A stretch of 35,768 nucleotides of DNA from a bacterium (GTDB taxonomy: Bacteria; Patescibacteriota; Saccharimonadia; Saccharimonadales; UBA4665), in the NCBI GenBank assembly GCA_021806285.1, contig JAJZYA010000001.1:1-35768 (forward strand), given 5' to 3'. The position numbers and the translations under genes were made by a program. Under the pieces are notes generated by a model. It had not been told where the DNA came from. It saw only the letters and a list, made by a program, of their open reading frames with translations, and did no database searches. Below are positions 1 through 10,043 of this stretch, piece by piece (positions within the stretch are counted from its first letter, which is position 1; each line of letters begins with the position of its first letter).

Positions 1-31
1 AAATAGATAATTCTTGAGGCTATAATATTCA

Positions 32-1444
32 TTATACTTTAAAGAAAATAAGGAGAACTACTACAACTAGAATTAAGATTAAAAGAATTAATAGTAAGTC
101 TATAATATTAACTGCTTTTTTAGTCGAGTCCGGTTTAAGTAGTTCAAAATTATGGGATTCCTTCTGGGGCTGAGATAAAAGATTACTAGCTTCTTCGCCT
201 AGATCTAAACCTCGATTTTTTAATAATTGTTCGATCTTGTTTTCTTTAGCTGGTGGATTTTCGTCATCTAAAGCTCCTTGGTCTCGAATGGCAGGGTCTC
301 TTTCAAAATCTATTTCCCTTTCAAGTAATTCTCTCTTTAAAGCTTTTTTAACATTACCGCCCCGTAAATATACTTCAATCATTCTTCTTAATCCTTTTTC
401 GGTAAGTTGGCCGCTCTCATGAATTTTCCTTAAATTTGTACCCATTACTTCTACCTTAGAAGCAATTAAAAGAAGTTCTCTTCTTTTTAGATTAATACCA
501 GACTTAGGTTTTTCGACTATTTTTTCATCTTTAATCGAAGCTTTTTCCAATGTTTTCCCGATTTCTATAATTTCTTGCTTCGAGATTCTTTCTTTCTTAA
601 CATTTTTGGGGGGAGATGAGATTTTTTCAATATGACTGGTTCGATCTGGGATATTTTCAATTTTAGCAGCTCTTTCTCTTAGAAAGTTTTCTTGCTTAGT
701 GATTCTTTGGCTGAGTCGTTGAACTTCCTTATTTAATTTAGTCTTAAGAGCCTTTTCGGATTTATTTTGTTGATCTATACGAGCCTTTCGTCGATATAAT
801 AAAGCGTCTAGTAGAGCGGCACCACTTACGACTTTAGGTACATTTACAACTCTTCGGGGAGGAGGAGTTTCTTTTTTAATCGAAGTATCGACGCTAGATT
901 GGTTAATATTTTCGTTTTTTGGATTTATGTATATAATTTCTTCTTTATGATTTATGCCAGGATCCTCTTGAATATTTGTTTCAAAAGTATCTATAGTTAT
1001 TTCGCTATCATCAGCTTCTTCAAGTAGTTCAATTGGGTCGCTTGGTTGATCAACCGTCAGCTCTCTAGCAGCTTGAATAAATGCAAAATCTGGGTCTCCA
1101 GTTTCATAAACATTTTCTAAATAAGTCTTAGATGCAATAGTTTCATGATCTAAATGATCTTCTTCGTCGACCTCTTCTAAACGCTCTCGGGCAATATCTC
1201 GAGATATTTCTTGTATTTCTACTACTGATAATTCTTCAACCGGCGCTTCAGAATCTAGCTCCGGATTTTTATCTATATCCTTTAAAGCCTCTAATAGCGA
1301 GGGTTTTTCTAAGGGTTTAGTTTCCTCTTTTTTGGCCTTAAAAATAGATTCAATAATACTCTTTGGGGGAGTTAGATCATCATCATCTTCTTCTGAATCT
1401 TCATCTTTCTCGTAATTGGTTGGATCAATCGGAGAATTTTCCAT
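32..1444 (-). CDS. hypothetical tail-anchored membrane protein, highly acidic/charged, no recognisable family
   Basis: 470-aa ORF with ATG at 1444, nine nt after the rplY stop. Acidic low-complexity N-terminus (EKDEDSEEDDDD), long Lys/Glu-rich middle. Single hydrophobic helix IIDLLLILLILILVVVVLLIFF (nt ~41-112) two residues from the stop. No signal peptide. Confidence 0.6.
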   Translation of the reverse strand: MENSPIDPTNYEKDEDSEEDDDDLTPPKSIIESIFKAKKEETKPLEKPSLLEALKDIDKNPELDSEAPVEELSVVEIQEISRDIARERLEEVDEEDHLDHETIASKTYLENVYETGDPDFAFIQAARELTVDQPSDPIELLEEADDSEITIDTFETNIQEDPGINHKEEIIYINPKNENINQSSVDTSIKKETPPPRRVVNVPKVVSGAALLDALLYRRKARIDQQNKSEKALKTKLNKEVQRLSQRITKQENFLRERAAKIENIPDRTSHIEKISSPPKNVKKERISKQEIIEIGKTLEKASIKDEKIVEKPKSGINLKRRELLLIASKVEVMGTNLRKIHESGQLTEKGLRRMIEVYLRGGNVKKALKRELLEREIDFERDPAIRDQGALDDENPPAKENKIEQLLKNRGLDLGEEASNLLSQPQKESHNFELLKPDSTKKAVNIIDLLLILLILILVVVVLLIFFKV

Positions 1445-1453
1445 TATTAATCA

Positions 1454-2134
1454 TTATTCTTCTTGAGATGTTTTCGCTGATTCAGCTTCAGCCTTTTCGT
1501 CAGACTCAACTTCAACTTCTTCTTCGGCTTCTCCTCCTACGGCATCATTGGCAGCCGCTACGGCGCTAGGTTCAAAGACGCTTGCCAATTGAGAATCTGG
1601 AGATGTTTTTAATTCAACACCTTCCGGTAAAATTAGATCGGAAGCTTTAATGTGATCACCGATTTCTACTAATTTTTCAGCATCATAATAGAGAACGTCA
1701 GGGATATTACTTGGAGTAGTTTCAATTGTAACACTTTCAAGATTATTAAGAACCATAAGACCAGCTCGTTCAGCTGGAGAGGCAGTATTTTCATCGTTAT
1801 ATTTAGGATGAACAGGAACTTCGGCTTCAACCTTTTGGTTAATATTGACAGCATTAAATACTAAATGATTGATATCTTGATTCTTATTCTCAAATTCAAC
1901 GGATTTAATTAGAGTTGTATAATTCTTATCTCCAACCTTAACTTCAACAGGATGATGTTTACCGGCGGCATTATATATTTTAATTAAAGCCGTTTTATCT
2001 CCTTGGACAATAATAGATTCTTTTCCATGGTTATGAATAACGGCTGGAATTTTACCACTTGATCTAAGTTGCTTAACCCGTTTACCAAGAACTTCTCGTT
2101 TTTCGAGTTCAATACTAAGCTGATCGTTTGACAT
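1454..2134 (-). CDS. rplY: 50S ribosomal protein L25 / general stress protein Ctc (long form)
   Basis: 226 aa. N-terminus RxxxGKxxxxxLRxxGxIPAViy-type (REVLGKRVKQLRSSGKIPAVIHNHG), two-domain Ctc length, acidic C-terminal tail. GGAGA Shine-Dalgarno 5-6 nt before the ATG at 2134. Confidence 0.85.
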   Translation of the reverse strand: MSNDQLSIELEKREVLGKRVKQLRSSGKIPAVIHNHGKESIIVQGDKTALIKIYNAAGKHHPVEVKVGDKNYTTLIKSVEFENKNQDINHLVFNAVNINQKVEAEVPVHPKYNDENTASPAERAGLMVLNNLESVTIETTPSNIPDVLYYDAEKLVEIGDHIKASDLILPEGVELKTSPDSQLASVFEPSAVAAANDAVGGEAEEEVEVESDEKAEAESAKTSQEE

Positions 2135-2331
2135 TTTTTCTCCTTGATTATTTCAGATAGATTATTTGTTTATATTATATCAGATATCCAACGGATTGAT
2201 AGATTCTTTTTTTAATTAGATTTTTTAATTGATCTAATAGTAAGCCTTATCTCAGGAGCTAATCTTATATAACTAATCTGATCTGATATTTAAATGTGTA
2301 TTTTAGAATATTTAAGTTATACTTTTAGTTA

Positions 2332-2952
2332 ATGTTTGATGTAACACATATTATCCAATCTGGTGGAATTTGGTTAATCGGTCTATTTATATTTTCAGAG
2401 GTTGGTCTTTTCTTAGGCTTTTTTCTTCCCGGTGATACTCTCTTAATTGCAGGAGGTATTTATGCTATGGAAGGTAAGTTAAATATATTTTCTGTCATTA
2501 TTGTGGCTATTATTGCGGCTATTCTGGGAGACAGTACTTCCTATTTAATTGGTAGGAAGATAGGCCGAAGACTATTTACTAAGAAAGACAGCGTCCTTTT
2601 TGACGCTAAACACGTTAAAAGAGCCGAGGATTTTTATCAAAAATATGGCTCCAAAGCAGTTTTGATAGCACACTTTATACCTGTTATTAGAACTTTTAAT
2701 CCGCTAGTTGGAGGAGTCGGTGAAATGCCTTACCCAAAGTTTTTAATTTTTGACGCTATTGGCGATACGGCTTGGGCTATTATTGTTACTCTGATTGGTT
2801 ACTACATCGGAAGTCGTATTCCAAACGTTGATCACTATATTTTGGCAGTAGTTGGTTTAGTAGTGGTTGTTTCCTTAGCTCCAACTATTTATCATTTCGT
2901 GATAAAAAGATATTTAAAATCTCGAAAAGCTAAAAAAGAACTAAAGCTTTAG
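2332..2952 (+). CDS. DedA family (SNARE-associated) inner membrane protein
   Basis: 206 aa, multiple hydrophobic helices, DedA motifs FLPGDTLLIAGG and GDSTSYLIGRKIGRRLF. One of only two plus-strand genes. Its 3' end overlaps the uvrA 3' end convergently by 12 nt. Confidence 0.85.
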   Translation: MFDVTHIIQSGGIWLIGLFIFSEVGLFLGFFLPGDTLLIAGGIYAMEGKLNIFSVIIVAIIAAILGDSTSYLIGRKIGRRLFTKKDSVLFDAKHVKRAEDFYQKYGSKAVLIAHFIPVIRTFNPLVGGVGEMPYPKFLIFDAIGDTAWAIIVTLIGYYIGSRIPNVDHYILAVVGLVVVVSLAPTIYHFVIKRYLKSRKAKKELKL

Positions 2953-5742
2953 GTATTGGGCTGTATAGCCTTTTTGCTTAATAATCTCTTCGGGTGTACC
3001 TTTGGCAATTATTTGACCACCTTGATCTCCCCCTTCGGGTCCCATATCGATGATGTAATCGGCGTTTTTAATTACGTCTAGGTTGTGCTCGATTACGATC
3101 ATACTGTTTCCCGCATCAACTAAGGCGTGCATCACGCTTAGTAATCGTTTAACATCATCAAAATGTAGCCCCGTAGTGGGTTCATCTAAAATATAGAGAG
3201 TCTTACCTGTGGGTCTTCGAGATAACTCTGAAGCCAGTTTAATTCTTTGAGCTTCTCCTCCACTTAAAGTAGTAGCCGGTTGACCTAAACGAATATATCC
3301 CAAACCTACGTCTACTAGAGTCGTAAGCTTTCTGGAAATGGCTGGGATATTAGAGAAAAAATCTAGAGCTTGTTCACAGGTCATATTTAGTACTTCACTA
3401 ATATCCTTTCCCTTGTAGTGCACTTCTAGAGCTTCTTTGTTATATCTTTTACCATGACAAACTTCACAAGTAACATAAACGTCTGGAAGAAAGTGCATTT
3501 CAATTTTAATAATCCCATCACCTCGACAGTTTTCACATCGTCCGCCTTGAACATTGAAACTAAATCTTCCTGGCTTATATCCTCTTAGTTTTGCTTCAGG
3601 AACAGAAGCATATAACTCTCTGATCGGAGTGAAAAGTCCAGTATAGGTAGCTGGATTTGACCTTGGAGTACGACCGATTGCTTCTTGATCAATAATAATA
3701 GCTTTGTCTAAATTTTTAATTCCTTCAATGTCTTGGTGTTTACCTGGGACGGTTGATGCGTGATGTAATCTAGCGAGAAGTTCTTTAGCTAATATATCGT
3801 TAATTAGGCTCGACTTACCGGATCCAGACACCCCACTAACAACCACCAGTTTTCCTAGAGGAATATGGACATCTATATTTTTTAAATTATTTTCACTTGC
3901 TCCCTTAATAACAAGTTCTTTTTGATTCCCAGATCTTCTTCTTTTAGGAGTCTCAATTTTTTTAGAACCCTTTAAATATTGGGCGGTTAAGCTGTTTTTG
4001 TTATTTAAAACGTCGGATAGTGGGCCAGCTGCTACAACGTGACCTCCGTGGATACCTGCTCCAGGACCAATGTCAACCAAAAAGTCTGAAGCTCTAATAG
4101 TTTCTTCATCGTGCTCAACAACTATGACACTATTCCCAATATCCCTTAAGTTTTTTAAAGTCTTAATAAGTTTGGCATTATCTCTCTGATGTAATCCAAT
4201 TGAAGGTTCATCTAATACATATAAAACTCCCATGAGACCCGATCCAATCTGAGTAGCTAATCTAATCCTTTGGGCTTCTCCCCCACTTAAAGTATTGGCG
4301 CTCCTTAAAAGATTTAGATAATTTAAACCAACATCGTTCATAAATTTTAAACGAAAACTTATTTCTTTAAGAATGAGGTTAGCAATCTGTTGTTCTTTTT
4401 GGTCTAAGTTAAGATTATTAACCCAACTGATGGCATCGTTAATATTTAAACTACAAACATCCATAACAGAATAGTCTTTTATTTTAATGGCCAAAACTTC
4501 CGGTTTAAGTCTTAGACCCTGACAGGCGTGACAGGGTTTTTCTTGCATATACTTTTCTATATCTCTCCTAATAAAGTCACTTTCGGTTTCTTTATGCCTT
4601 CTTTCTAGATCAGGAATTACTCCGGCATAAGTAGTTTCAAAACTACGCCCATTACCAATACTAATTCGATACTTCTCGTTTCCAGTACCATATAGAATTT
4701 TATCGATAATATCTTTTTTTAGCTCACCAGTAGGAACATGTAAACTAAATTTATACCTATCAGCTAAGGCTTGGAGTTTTTTAGTATGCCAGTTATCGAC
4801 ATTAATCCGATTATATGGTCTAATAGCACCTTCTGCTATAGTTAAGCGGCCATTCGGTATAACAAGTTCTGGATTTACTTCTAGTCTCGATCCTATCCCA
4901 GTACAAACTGGGCAAGCTCCCTGGGGAGAGTTAAAGCTAAATGATCTAGGCTCCAATTCAGGAATAGCTATATCTGGATGATTAGGGCAAGCGTAAAGTA
5001 AGCTAAAGGTTTCCATCTTATCCTTATCATGCTCTAAGATTGCCACTTTGTTTTCGGCTATTTCGAGAGCTTGTTCGATGGCTTGAACAAGTCTATTGCG
5101 ATTTTCTGAGTTATTAACAATCCGATCTACAACAATTTCTATATTATGCCTATAATTCTTATCTAAATCAGGAAATTCTTCCAAAGTATAGATAATACCA
5201 TCTACTCTTGCTCTGGCGTAACCAGACCTGAGATATTTTTCGCTAATATGTTCAAAAGCTCCTTTTTTGGCCGAAACAATAGGAGCTAGAATCACTAATC
5301 TTTTATCTTTATATTCATTTTCAATCTGTTCAATAATGCTTTGCGATGTTCTCCTTTCAACAGCTATACCATCAATTGGACAATGTGGAATACCAATTCT
5401 AGCAAAAAGAAGTCTTAGATAGTCGTATATCTCTGTAACAGTGGCAACAGTTGAACGAGGATTTCGGCTAGTAGATTTCTGATCAATACTAATGGCTGGA
5501 CTAAGACCATCTATTTGGTCAACATCAGGCTTTTCCATAATGCCCAGAAATTGTCGAGCATAGGAACTAAGGCTTTCAACGTACCTCCTTTGTCCCTCGG
5601 CATAAATAGTATCAAAAGCTAAAGAAGATTTTCCAGAACCGCTTAAACCAGTCATAACAACTAATTTATTTCTTGGAATTTCTAGGTCTATATTCTTTAA
5701 ATTATGTTCTCTTGCACCTTTGATAACTATTTTTTCTGCCAT
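2941..5742 (-). CDS. uvrA: excinuclease ABC subunit A
   Basis: 933 aa. Two ABC ATPase modules (GLSGSGKSSLAFDT and GVSGSGKSSL Walker A; two LSGGEAQR signatures). Zinc-finger cysteines (CPVCTG, CHACQG, CENCRGDG...CEVCHG). GAGG Shine-Dalgarno 6 nt before the ATG. Confidence 0.97.
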   Translation of the reverse strand: MAEKIVIKGAREHNLKNIDLEIPRNKLVVMTGLSGSGKSSLAFDTIYAEGQRRYVESLSSYARQFLGIMEKPDVDQIDGLSPAISIDQKSTSRNPRSTVATVTEIYDYLRLLFARIGIPHCPIDGIAVERRTSQSIIEQIENEYKDKRLVILAPIVSAKKGAFEHISEKYLRSGYARARVDGIIYTLEEFPDLDKNYRHNIEIVVDRIVNNSENRNRLVQAIEQALEIAENKVAILEHDKDKMETFSLLYACPNHPDIAIPELEPRSFSFNSPQGACPVCTGIGSRLEVNPELVIPNGRLTIAEGAIRPYNRINVDNWHTKKLQALADRYKFSLHVPTGELKKDIIDKILYGTGNEKYRISIGNGRSFETTYAGVIPDLERRHKETESDFIRRDIEKYMQEKPCHACQGLRLKPEVLAIKIKDYSVMDVCSLNINDAISWVNNLNLDQKEQQIANLILKEISFRLKFMNDVGLNYLNLLRSANTLSGGEAQRIRLATQIGSGLMGVLYVLDEPSIGLHQRDNAKLIKTLKNLRDIGNSVIVVEHDEETIRASDFLVDIGPGAGIHGGHVVAAGPLSDVLNNKNSLTAQYLKGSKKIETPKRRRSGNQKELVIKGASENNLKNIDVHIPLGKLVVVSGVSGSGKSSLINDILAKELLARLHHASTVPGKHQDIEGIKNLDKAIIIDQEAIGRTPRSNPATYTGLFTPIRELYASVPEAKLRGYKPGRFSFNVQGGRCENCRGDGIIKIEMHFLPDVYVTCEVCHGKRYNKEALEVHYKGKDISEVLNMTCEQALDFFSNIPAISRKLTTLVDVGLGYIRLGQPATTLSGGEAQRIKLASELSRRPTGKTLYILDEPTTGLHFDDVKRLLSVMHALVDAGNSMIVIEHNLDVIKNADYIIDMGPEGGDQGGQIIAKGTPEEIIKQKGYTAQYLKL

Positions 5743-5849
5743 TTATTGCCTCGAATTTGACATATTATTATACCTCAGTTTTTAGATAAAAGATAGAACC
5801 TAAAGTAAAAAGAAGAATACTTGACTTAACTAAATCTTGATAAATATTA

Positions 5850-5878
5850 TTGACTTTGTTGCCAGTTCGTTGTATATT
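5850..5878 (+). promoter_or_regulatory. putative sigma70-type promoter for the small plus-strand ORF
   Basis: TTGACT (5850-5855), 17-nt spacer, TATATT (5873-5878), about 28 nt upstream of the ATG at 5907. Pattern match only. Confidence 0.4.
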
Positions 5879-5906
5879 AGCAGTCCAGTATTTTAAGGGA
5901 GAAAAG

Positions 5907-6110
5907 ATGCAAACTTTTTTGGTGCTTGGGTTAATTCCAGGAACAAATATTCAAATTAATTTTTTTGTATGGCTAATTATTAGCATAATTATCCTTAGCT
6001 ATTTAGCTAACGGTTACTTCCATTATTTAAAGTTTGTTAAAAGATATGTAAGAGAAATTGAAAGACCTGGCCCCAGACCAGCTAGTTCATTTCATACTCG
6101 TTTAAAATAA
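5907..6110 (+). CDS. hypothetical small membrane protein (67 aa)
   Basis: ATG at 5907 preceded by AAGGGAGAAAAG. Two hydrophobic segments (FLVLGLIPG; FFVWLIISIIILSYL) then a basic tail. The ORF-track start at 5850 is a TTG that coincides with the predicted -35. The 3' end overlaps sbcB convergently by 29 nt. Confidence 0.4.
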   Translation: MQTFLVLGLIPGTNIQINFFVWLIISIIILSYLANGYFHYLKFVKRYVREIERPGPRPASSFHTRLK

Positions 6111-7491
6111 TACTTGCATATTTTTTTAGATCTTTAATTAACTGAGAGGAGCGATGATCTTTTTCATATTCCTTAATTTCTGATAGAAATTTATCATATC
6201 TACTAATACCATCAGGTTTCATAAATAACTTTTTCTCAAGATACTTTTTCCAGATTATTTTTTGGTCTGGAGTTAAATGATTCTTAAAGTTATATGCTAA
6301 AAATAATGGATATAGCTCATTTAGATTATGATTACTAAAAGTTTGCTGAACTAGAGGGCTACGCGTTAAGAGAACTTTTTTATACTGATCACTTGGACTA
6401 TCAAAACCATCATAAAGATTTTCATTACTTAAATTGGTTTTAGTCTTTTTGTTCTGTTCTGAATCTAAGATCTCTTTGGCGCCAACAATTTTAGGTAAAA
6501 GATCGTCCTTTGTAGCTAATAATTTGGAGTAATTTTTAAGATGTTCACTTTTATCTATTGATAGTCTTTTTTCAGATTCATCATTTAGAGTAGATATTGG
6601 AGCTAGAGCTGGAGATCTATTTAATTTGATTGTTTTAAAGGGGGTGAGATATCTTTTTTGGTCTGGATCATAATGCCACATATCAGCCAATTGTTCAGAG
6701 CTAAGTTTTAGAAAATCTTCAGGGTCATACCTAAGGTCATACACTAGGGCGCTTGAAGCGTCGCTATGACTAATATTCATGAGCGCAACAAGAGCGGTAT
6801 TTAAATATTTGGTTTGGTAATGGCTGGAAGTATATAAGAAAGTTTTATTATTTTTTAGAAAATCTAAAACGTTCTTTTTTAAGCGTAATTCTTTTAAATA
6901 ATTAAAAAGTTTTGGTTGTTTTTGTTGGATTAGCTTGGCAACCTCGATAGTTGCCAATACATCACTAAGAGCATCATGAGCACTATAGTGTTTTAAATTA
7001 TTAGCTTTGGTCAAAGCTTCAAGCTTATTAATAGGATTATCTAGTTCACCTAGAGGCCAATTAATTCCTTGAGGCCTTAAGGCTCTTGTCATACGCACCA
7101 AATCTAATATATCCCACCTCGAATTGTTTTGATCCCAGTGCCATTTATAGGGATCATAATAATTACGATAATTCAGATATCGCATAAACTCATCGTCAAA
7201 TCTAATATTATTGAAGCCGACAAATATAGTATTAGGAGTGTTGATCTCTTGATTAAATATTTTAAGAAATTCAAATTCTGTTAACCCTTCTTGAAGAGGA
7301 GAGATACCTGTTAGAAGTATCGCTTTAACACTAGGTAAAGTGTCGCTAGAAAGTTTTAGGCTTATGTTATAGGGCTGATTAATTAGGTTTAAATTGGAGT
7401 CAGTTCTTTGACCAGCAAACTGCATAATACGATCTGATTTTGGAGAAAGACCACTAGTTTCTAAGTCATAAAAAAAATAAGTAAAAGACAT
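6082..7491 (-). CDS. sbcB: exodeoxyribonuclease I (3'-5' ssDNA exonuclease, DnaQ fold plus SH3-like/C-terminal domains)
   Basis: 469 aa, similar to E. coli ExoI (475 aa). Exo I motif FFYDLETSGLSPKSDRIMQFAGQRTD. Exo III motif SAHDALSDVLATIEVAKL. ATG one nt after the obg TAA. Confidence 0.85.
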   Translation of the reverse strand: MSFTYFFYDLETSGLSPKSDRIMQFAGQRTDSNLNLINQPYNISLKLSSDTLPSVKAILLTGISPLQEGLTEFEFLKIFNQEINTPNTIFVGFNNIRFDDEFMRYLNYRNYYDPYKWHWDQNNSRWDILDLVRMTRALRPQGINWPLGELDNPINKLEALTKANNLKHYSAHDALSDVLATIEVAKLIQQKQPKLFNYLKELRLKKNVLDFLKNNKTFLYTSSHYQTKYLNTALVALMNISHSDASSALVYDLRYDPEDFLKLSSEQLADMWHYDPDQKRYLTPFKTIKLNRSPALAPISTLNDESEKRLSIDKSEHLKNYSKLLATKDDLLPKIVGAKEILDSEQNKKTKTNLSNENLYDGFDSPSDQYKKVLLTRSPLVQQTFSNHNLNELYPLFLAYNFKNHLTPDQKIIWKKYLEKKLFMKPDGISRYDKFLSEIKEYEKDHRSSQLIKDLKKYASIILNEYEMN

Positions 7492-7492
7492 T

Positions 7493-8770
<1,278 letters not shown>

Positions 8771-8805
8771 CTAAGGGTATCTGATTTAGGTTATAAATTC
8801 TAGGG

Positions 8806-9936
8806 CTATTTTGTTATATAGTTAGGAAAGGAACTTGCTGGAACCCATCCACTATACCCAACTCTACCCCATCCAGCTAGACCATTCATATCAGAGAATT
8901 TTATCATAGTACCATTGCTCGAAACGGCGTCAACAAGTGCAACATGGCCCTCTCCACCAAAAGCATAGGGAGTTTGAGCAATTGCTCCAACGGTCGGTAC
9001 ATGACTCACGTTCCAACCACTTAAAGCAGCATAATAGGCCCATGTAATAGCATTCCCCCAATTCGTTGGGACAGCAATTTTACTAGCTACATACCAAGTA
9101 CAATAGCCGTAGTCATAACCATTATAACCATAGCTTGGACCGCTCCAAGCATAATTAGCGCTATAGCTTGGCTGTTGATTTATTGTACCGTTCGGAATAA
9201 TTATTTTTTCACCAGGCCAAATACCTTTTATTTCAGCGTCGTTATAGGCAATGATTTGAGCAGCACTAGCGTTATATTTCTGAGCTAGAGAAGCGACTGT
9301 GTCACCTGCTTTAACGATATATACGATTCCGTTAACAGGAGGTATCAGAAGACTCTGTCCGGGTATTAAAGAATTACCTCGGAGATTATTAGACCATTCA
9401 ATACTATTTGAGGTTACACCAAATTTCTGGGCTAGAGAAGCGACTGTATCGTTAGCCTGGACTTTATATGAAATAATGTCTGCCCGAGATTTTAAAGCTG
9501 TGGTTGTGATCTGAGGTTTAGATATTACATTATTAGTTGTAGCAGCCATAGCAATTTCAGCATTTTGAGTATCAGCCTGGTTAGATATCGAAGTAGTCTC
9601 TGGTAAATTTGTTACTCGAGCAACTGTTAGTGCAATATTAGCAGAAGCAACTTGATCTAAGGGGCTCGACACTAAACCAGTGTTTTGACCACTAAAATTC
9701 GAATTAATATTATTGGCATTAGTTACATTAGTAATTAAAAATATCGCTAGAATAACTAAGATGGTGATATTAATGGAATAAAATATAACCCTAGTTTTAA
9801 GTTGAGATTTTTTAATTCTTTCTTTTTTAGGGATATCTCTAGAAAGGGTTGACGCATTTTTTTGAATATCATAAATAACACCAGAAGAACTAAGTCTTCC
9901 CTCACCATTTTTAAATTTAATATTGGGCTTATCCAT
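8806..9936 (-). CDS. membrane-anchored peptidoglycan hydrolase, 2x LysM plus C-terminal CHAP domain
   Basis: N-terminal TM (VIFYSINITILVILAIFLITNV). Two LysM repeats (YKVQANDTVASLAQKFGV...; YIVKAGDTVASLAQKYNA...). CHAP region with catalytic Cys context YGYCTWYVA and GHVALVDAV. The ATG at 9936 is preferred over the ORF-track TTG at 9951; the start is uncertain. Confidence 0.85.
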   Translation of the reverse strand: MDKPNIKFKNGEGRLSSSGVIYDIQKNASTLSRDIPKKERIKKSQLKTRVIFYSINITILVILAIFLITNVTNANNINSNFSGQNTGLVSSPLDQVASANIALTVARVTNLPETTSISNQADTQNAEIAMAATTNNVISKPQITTTALKSRADIISYKVQANDTVASLAQKFGVTSNSIEWSNNLRGNSLIPGQSLLIPPVNGIVYIVKAGDTVASLAQKYNASAAQIIAYNDAEIKGIWPGEKIIIPNGTINQQPSYSANYAWSGPSYGYNGYDYGYCTWYVASKIAVPTNWGNAITWAYYAALSGWNVSHVPTVGAIAQTPYAFGGEGHVALVDAVSSNGTMIKFSDMNGLAGWGRVGYSGWVPASSFPNYITK

Positions 9937-10008
9937 GCCTCGATTCAACAAAATTAATTATAGTTTTTTTAAAAAGGTAATATTTAAGCACCTAACTATA
10001 ACTTCACT

Positions 10009-10017
10009 ATTATACCA
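10009..10017 (-). promoter_or_regulatory. putative extended -10 promoter element (TGgTATAAT) upstream of the LysM-CHAP gene
   Basis: Minus-strand TGGTATAAT, ~73 nt upstream of the ATG at 9936 and 27 nt downstream of the preceding gene's stop. No convincing -35. Confidence 0.4.
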
Positions 10018-10043
10018 AAAATAATTGATACATTTAAAGACTA

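Noticed and set aside
1669-1854. Minus-strand out-of-frame ORFs inside rplY (1669-1854) and inside atpD (19171-19389).
   Set aside because: They are nested in alternative frames of strongly conserved genes. They have no independent signals and implausible compositions.
5743-5850. SOS (LexA/Cheo-type GAAC-N4-GTTC) box upstream of uvrA.
   Set aside because: The region has a TATAAT (5767-5772, minus strand) but no GAAC...GTTC palindrome. An isolated GTTCG at about 5865 is on the wrong side and unpaired.
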